A stretch of DNA of 64,000 nucleotides from Eubacteriales bacterium (GTDB lineage: Bacteria; Bacillota; Clostridia; Oscillospirales; CAG-272), in the NCBI GenBank assembly GCA_045539595.1, contig JAZQFQ010000058.1, forward strand, positions 31,736-95,735, read 5' to 3'. Shown piece by piece: positions 60,095 to 64,000 of the stretch. The position numbers were made by a program, and so were the translations under genes. Within the stretch, counting starts at the first letter, position 1. Every line of letters begins with the position of its first letter. The notes beneath the pieces are model-generated. The model was not told where the DNA came from. It did not search any database and was given only the letters and a program-made list of their open reading frames with translations.

Positions 60095-60520
60095 TTACAT
60101 AAAATCTATTTCATAGCGCGTGCCGTTTGAGAACAAAACGCCATGGCTCAGCCGAATGCAGAGGATGCAGGTGTTGGGATCCTCGAAATCGTTGTGTCCG
60201 TTATCGATCCACCCGGAAAACACCTGCCGCATTTTACCGGCGATGTGTGCATTTTCCTCTTTGCCAAAGTAGCCTAAATTCACACCGGTTCCCTGGGCCG
60301 TAAACCAATCTCCGGCCATCGCCACGGTGGGATTTCGCTTAATCTGCTTCATTTTCCCGGACAACCCGTGGGTCAGAACATAAAAAGCGCCGTCCTCGTA
60401 AAAGGCATCCACCTCTCGGACATAAGGGATGTTGTCAACGGATGTTGCCAGGGCGATAATGCTGTCGCGGCCAAAACGCTCCGACAGAATGGCTTCTGTT
60501 TCTTTTGTTAATTTCTGCAT
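60095..60520 (-). CDS. pyridoxamine 5'-phosphate oxidase-like (FMN-binding split-barrel) family protein
   Basis: The listed ORF is 5'-extended. ATG 60520 is 10 nt after GGAGGA. MQKLTKETEAILSERFGRDSIIALATSVDNIPYVREVDAFYEDGAFYVLTH... Family call by resemblance only. Confidence 0.5.
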   Translation of the reverse strand: MQKLTKETEAILSERFGRDSIIALATSVDNIPYVREVDAFYEDGAFYVLTHGLSGKMKQIKRNPTVAMAGDWFTAQGTGVNLGYFGKEENAHIAGKMRQVFSGWIDNGHNDFEDPNTCILCIRLSHGVLFSNGTRYEIDFM

Positions 60521-60567
60521 TTGAACACCGTCCTCCATCATATGTTTTACAATCGTTCCGCATCCGA

Positions 60568-60909
60568 TCAGCTCCACGCCAGGATCTGCCGGAACTGATC
60601 GGCGATCCAAAGCGACACAAGGAGCATGCCCGCCACATACAGAACCCGGCCCCACTTTTTCGGTATCCTCCCGGATAAAAAGGCGGATGCTGCCGTTGTG
60701 CACAGGGAAACAAACAGCCAGAACAGCGCCGTAAAGTCGTTGGCATTGAAATTGTTTTCGACTATGTTGCCAAAATCATCAATCACCGGACAGCCGCAGC
60801 CAAGCCATTTCACAATATACGCCTGATTCAGCCAGGCGTAAGGGAGGAACAAAACGATAAATAGCAACAGTGGCGAAGCAAGGATCGCCATCTTCTTAAC
60901 AATCTTCAT
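60568..60909 (-). CDS. small hypothetical membrane protein
   Basis: 113 aa from ATG 60909, 6 nt after GGAGG. MKIVKKMAILASPLLLFIVLFLPYAWL..., 3-4 predicted TM segments. Confidence 0.5.
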   Translation of the reverse strand: MKIVKKMAILASPLLLFIVLFLPYAWLNQAYIVKWLGCGCPVIDDFGNIVENNFNANDFTALFWLFVSLCTTAASAFLSGRIPKKWGRVLYVAGMLLVSLWIADQFRQILAWS

Positions 60910-60928
60910 ACACATCCTCCGAATTCCA

Positions 60929-60947
60929 TTTTCACTGAATTGGACGG
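60929..60947. repeat. 19-nt direct repeat, copy A (upstream of the small membrane protein gene)
   Basis: + strand TTTTCACTGAATTGGACGG. On the coding strand it reads CCGTCCAATTCAGTGAAAA-8 nt-GGAGG-6 nt-ATG. Confidence 0.8.
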
Positions 60948-60952
60948 ATCAT

Positions 60953-62287
60953 TTACTCTTTCACGAATATAAGCGGCATTCCTTCGTCAATGATTGCTTC
61001 TCCTGCCTCCGTGCAAACAAAAGCAACCAGTCCATTGCTTTCATAGAGTTTTCCGCGAACTTCACCTATGTATTCTTCGTTTGTGCCGTTATCATTAAAA
61101 TAATGGTATGTTAGGTACAGAATGATTTCACCGGTTTCATTGTCATATTCAAACGTGCCGGTATACCGGCCCCCCATATCTGTACCATCTGCATACGCGG
61201 AAAGACTAATTTCATTACCTTCCATCTGCACTGTATACACCATCATATATGCATTGGATCGATCGGTGGTATATCGTGCTTTCGTCATGATTTTGACATT
61301 CTCTTTGGAATAATCGCCACCTTTATATATATCTGCTGACCCACTCAAAAAACCAGTAATGTTATTTTCTGATTCTTCACAAGAAACGATACTTCCGTTT
61401 GTTATCGTAACCTTAAAAGTAACATACTGTTCTATAGAATTATCGTATTTCCCCCTGGTGCTGCCGAACACGAAATATACGATTCCATCTTCATAGGCCT
61501 GAATTTTTCCACTCCAACCGCTGCCCGTGTTTCCGTTTTCTCCATATATTGCAACACAAGTCCACGCACCGCCGTTTGTCAGCGGTTCCAGTTCGGGAGT
61601 TATTTCAGTCACACGATACTGTCGAAAGAAGGATTCTGCCATCAAGTCAAATCTGATAAATATGATTTCACCGTTTTCGCCGATTTCATATCCACAGTAT
61701 GTCTGACAAGGAAGTTGTTGTCCGTTTGAATCCATCGTTGCATATATATTGGCATAGTTTCGTCCCTTGTTATCGGTTTGAAGGTCAAAGGTGTAATTAT
61801 ACGGTGCATCGTATTCGTAGGGTGCAGTATATCCGCTAAACCGATAAATTTTACCGTCTTGCTCAATGTAAAGCGGATAATCTGTTTTCACCCAAGTGTT
61901 CATCAATCCACTTGTAACATTTCGATTAAAATACAAAAGACAAAGTGCCCGCAACTCATCCAAATTAGCAAACTCATCCATCTTTACTTCTTGATATCGC
62001 TCGTTGTTATACAGAATTTCATTTTCGGCGTATGTTAATTTCCCATACCTTGTAAATAGTGAATATATCCATTCTGCCTTGTGATAGATATCTTCAAAAG
62101 ACTGCGTGGCAATTTCTTGGTCCGCGACTGTTTCCTGTGGGGGTGTTTCCTCCATATCTGTATCCGTATTTGGTGGATTTACATCCGTATTGGGAGGGAT
62201 AGTGTCGGAGCTCGGCTTGATACTCATACATCCTACAAGTAATAAAACGAGCGACAAAATGAAAATCGGTACAATAATTTTTTTCAT
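60953..62287 (-). CDS. hypothetical lipoprotein, AT-rich gene
   Basis: 444 aa. Lipobox MKKIIVPIFILSLVLLLVGCMS, a Pro/Thr/Asp-rich linker, then Y/N/G-rich beta-type sequence. AGGAGG RBS present. G+C is far below the neighbours. Confidence 0.7.
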   Translation of the reverse strand: MKKIIVPIFILSLVLLLVGCMSIKPSSDTIPPNTDVNPPNTDTDMEETPPQETVADQEIATQSFEDIYHKAEWIYSLFTRYGKLTYAENEILYNNERYQEVKMDEFANLDELRALCLLYFNRNVTSGLMNTWVKTDYPLYIEQDGKIYRFSGYTAPYEYDAPYNYTFDLQTDNKGRNYANIYATMDSNGQQLPCQTYCGYEIGENGEIIFIRFDLMAESFFRQYRVTEITPELEPLTNGGAWTCVAIYGENGNTGSGWSGKIQAYEDGIVYFVFGSTRGKYDNSIEQYVTFKVTITNGSIVSCEESENNITGFLSGSADIYKGGDYSKENVKIMTKARYTTDRSNAYMMVYTVQMEGNEISLSAYADGTDMGGRYTGTFEYDNETGEIILYLTYHYFNDNGTNEEYIGEVRGKLYESNGLVAFVCTEAGEAIIDEGMPLIFVKE

Positions 62288-62309
62288 ACAACTTTACCTC
62301 CTTTGTATG

Positions 62310-62328
62310 TTTTCACCGAATTGGACGG
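62310..62328. repeat. 19-nt direct repeat, copy B (upstream of the AT-rich lipoprotein gene)
   Basis: + strand TTTTCACCGAATTGGACGG, 18/19 identical to copy A. On the coding strand it reads CCGTCCAATTCGGTGAAAA-8 nt-GGAGG-9 nt-ATG. Confidence 0.8.
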
Positions 62329-62380
62329 GCGGACAATGGAAAAGTTCCACGTGCTCATGATTCTTTTATGGGGATTCCCC

Positions 62381-63220
62381 TCACCGCAGCCCGATCCCCG
62401 CCAGCACCTGGGTAGTGGTGATGCCGGTGTATGTATAGGTCAAATCCTCCGCCGCAAACGGCAGATCCACCTCGCCCGATAGGACGATGAGGGCGTAATT
62501 GCGGCGGATGCGGTCCGTGCTGTTCATAACGGAGGCACGGACGGAAGGCTTGGCAATCTCCTCCGTATGGGCGATCAGATCCTCCACATCGCCAAACTGA
62601 TTCATCAGAGCGGCGGCGGTTTTCGGGCCGATCTTATCCACCCCGCGTATATTGTCCGAGGTATCCCCGGTCAGGGATTTATAGGATGCGTAGCGACTGG
62701 GATTGATGCCTAACTTCTGACGGATGTACGCGGGATCGCACAAGATGGAATGATCTCCCCGATACCGGAGCACGTGGACGCGGTCGGTGATGAGCTGGAA
62801 GAAATCGCTGTCCTGCGAGGCGATCACCACATCTGCGTCGCCGCCATAGCGGCGGGCGTAGCCGGCGATCCAATCATCGGCTTCGCACATTTGTGTTTCG
62901 CGGCAGCGGATGCCCAGGTAATCCAGCGCGCGAAAAATATCAGGCAACTGGGAAAAGGGCGTGTCCTCCTCGGGCACGTCGTGATAATCCGGGCGGTTGG
63001 CCTTGTATGCTTCATCGATTTCGGTGCGGGCGTTTTCGCACTCCCCGTCAAAAGCCACGAACACATGGGTGGGGGACACGGCACGGATCATCTTGAGCAG
63101 TGCGCCCACAAATCCCAGGGTTCCCTGGATGGCCTTGCCCCGGGAATTGGTAATCCGGGCCGGCATTCCGTAGAACATCTGAAAGAGCAGATTGCTTCCG
63201 TCCACGATGAGCAGCTTCAC
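62381..63220 (-). CDS. 5'-3' exonuclease (Pol I-type FEN/PIN domain, stand-alone)
   Basis: GTG start 9 nt after AGGAGG. MKLLIVDGSNLLFQMFYGMP...FDG...YKANR...EADDWIAGY...SQDSDFFQL... and an H3TH region ...SDNIRGVDKIGPKTAAAL. Confidence 0.88.
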   Translation of the reverse strand: MKLLIVDGSNLLFQMFYGMPARITNSRGKAIQGTLGFVGALLKMIRAVSPTHVFVAFDGECENARTEIDEAYKANRPDYHDVPEEDTPFSQLPDIFRALDYLGIRCRETQMCEADDWIAGYARRYGGDADVVIASQDSDFFQLITDRVHVLRYRGDHSILCDPAYIRQKLGINPSRYASYKSLTGDTSDNIRGVDKIGPKTAAALMNQFGDVEDLIAHTEEIAKPSVRASVMNSTDRIRRNYALIVLSGEVDLPFAAEDLTYTYTGITTTQVLAGIGLR

Positions 63221-63401
63221 CCTTTGTACCTCCTATGTGTATTTTTTACGATTATTTTCAAAAACCGTTTGCTTTTTTGGACAATTTCGTGTATACTATA
63301 GTGTTCAGGATGGAGAGAGAACCATCCCCTTCTCTATTTATTATACCCTGCAATGATACGAAATGCAAGCGCCGAATCAGCCATACATAAGGAGATACGC
63401 C

Positions 63402-64000
63402 ATGTTTGAAGCCATACTCCGCGAGATACAAAGTTACGACACGATCATCCTGCACCGCCACAGCCGCCCGGACGGAGACGCTCTGGGCAGCCAGTTCGGA
63501 CTGAAATATATTCTGCAGGCCAGTTATCCCCACAAGGCCATATACGCCGTGGGGGATGATCCGGGTAACTACCGTTTCATCGGCGGGGGTGTCATGGACG
63601 AGATTCCCGACAGCACCTACGCAGGCGCGCTGGCCATCCTTCTGGACACGGGCTCCCCTGTCCTGATCAGCGATGATCGGTACCGCCTTGCCGCACGGAC
63701 CGTGCGGATCGATCACCATATTTTCTCCGGCAAAATTGCCGACGTGGAAGTGGTGGACAGCACGTTTGAGAGCTGTTGTGGACTGGTTACCGAGATGGCC
63801 ATAGAGAGCGGTCTGGTGCTGAACGCAGCCGCCGCCAAGGCGCTGTACACCGGCATGGTCACGGATTCCGGACGATTCCGCTACGACGGCACATCCGCCC
63901 GCACCCATCGGCTGGCATCCCGTTTGCGGGAGGAAGATTTTGATCCCAGCGAGATCTATCGGGATCTGTACGCCGACGATTATGAAAACAAAAAACGGAA
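63402..64000 (+). CDS. nrnA: DHH-family phosphoesterase (NrnA-like oligoribonuclease/pAp phosphatase), partial at right edge
   Basis: Not in the ORF track (no stop in window). ATG 63402 follows AAGGAG. MFEAILREIQSYDTIILHRHSRPDGDALGSQFGL...RIDHHIF...TGMVTDSGRFRY. The listed minus ORF 63258..63908 is its mirror. Confidence 0.85.
   Translation, partial: MFEAILREIQSYDTIILHRHSRPDGDALGSQFGLKYILQASYPHKAIYAVGDDPGNYRFIGGGVMDEIPDSTYAGALAILLDTGSPVLISDDRYRLAARTVRIDHHIFSGKIADVEVVDSTFESCCGLVTEMAIESGLVLNAAAAKALYTGMVTDSGRFRYDGTSARTHRLASRLREEDFDPSEIYRDLYADDYENKKR

Noticed and set aside
63296-63345. Hairpin GGATGG-agagagaa-CCATCC / AGAGAA..TTCTCT followed by ATTTATT in the spacer before nrnA, considered as an attenuator or orphan terminator.
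   Set aside because: The stems are short and overlapping, and no upstream + strand gene needs a terminator here. The nrnA promoter position is unclear, so there is not enough support for a call.

Overview
High-GC chromosome segment (about 55-65% G+C by eye) from a spore-forming Clostridia-class Firmicute. It looks Oscillospiraceae/Ruminococcaceae-like, but the taxon cannot be proven from this window. I call about 56 protein genes and found no rRNA, tRNA, CRISPR array, IS element or integrase.

Most of the window is core housekeeping:
- pyrP-upp pyrimidine salvage.
- A uxuA-uxuB-eda-kdgK hexuronate operon.
- secA, trmL and cls.
- An amidohydrolase/M20/YitT operon.
- A LysR regulator divergent from an ornithine-cyclodeaminase-family gene.
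- A sugar isomerase-like/FGGY kinase pair.
- An AsnC regulator with an alanine symporter.
- spoIVA.
- The long rpsB-tsf / pyrH-frr-uppS-cdsA-dxr-rseP-ispG-polC cluster.
- dgt-dnaG-rpoD, hflX-yigZ, rpmE, spoIIGA-sigE and trmB.
- An SLH-GH25 muramidase, a CE4 deacetylase, an RNA methyltransferase, a 5'-3' exonuclease and nrnA.

Many long ORFs in the supplied track are antisense mirror ORFs or 5'-extended versions of real genes. I re-assigned a number of start codons from the sequence.

Most interesting observations:
1. A gene at 932..2350 encodes an XRE-type HTH fused to a truncated PolC-like polymerase core. It appears to have lost its catalytic motifs. It is lower in G+C than its neighbours and is transcribed divergently from pyrP-upp, across a spacer carrying a repeated GAAATCTGYC / inverted-repeat motif.
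2. A strongly AT-shifted single lipoprotein gene (60953..62287) is bracketed by an 18/19-identical 19-nt direct repeat. Each copy sits exactly 8 nt upstream of a Shine-Dalgarno sequence.
3. Two paralogous uncharacterised membrane proteins appear co-transcribed with secA.
4. A hairpin-dense roughly 170-bp element lies in the convergent gap downstream of polC.

The other findings are lower-interest regulatory and architectural notes. Everything rests on by-eye reading, and no database search was possible.
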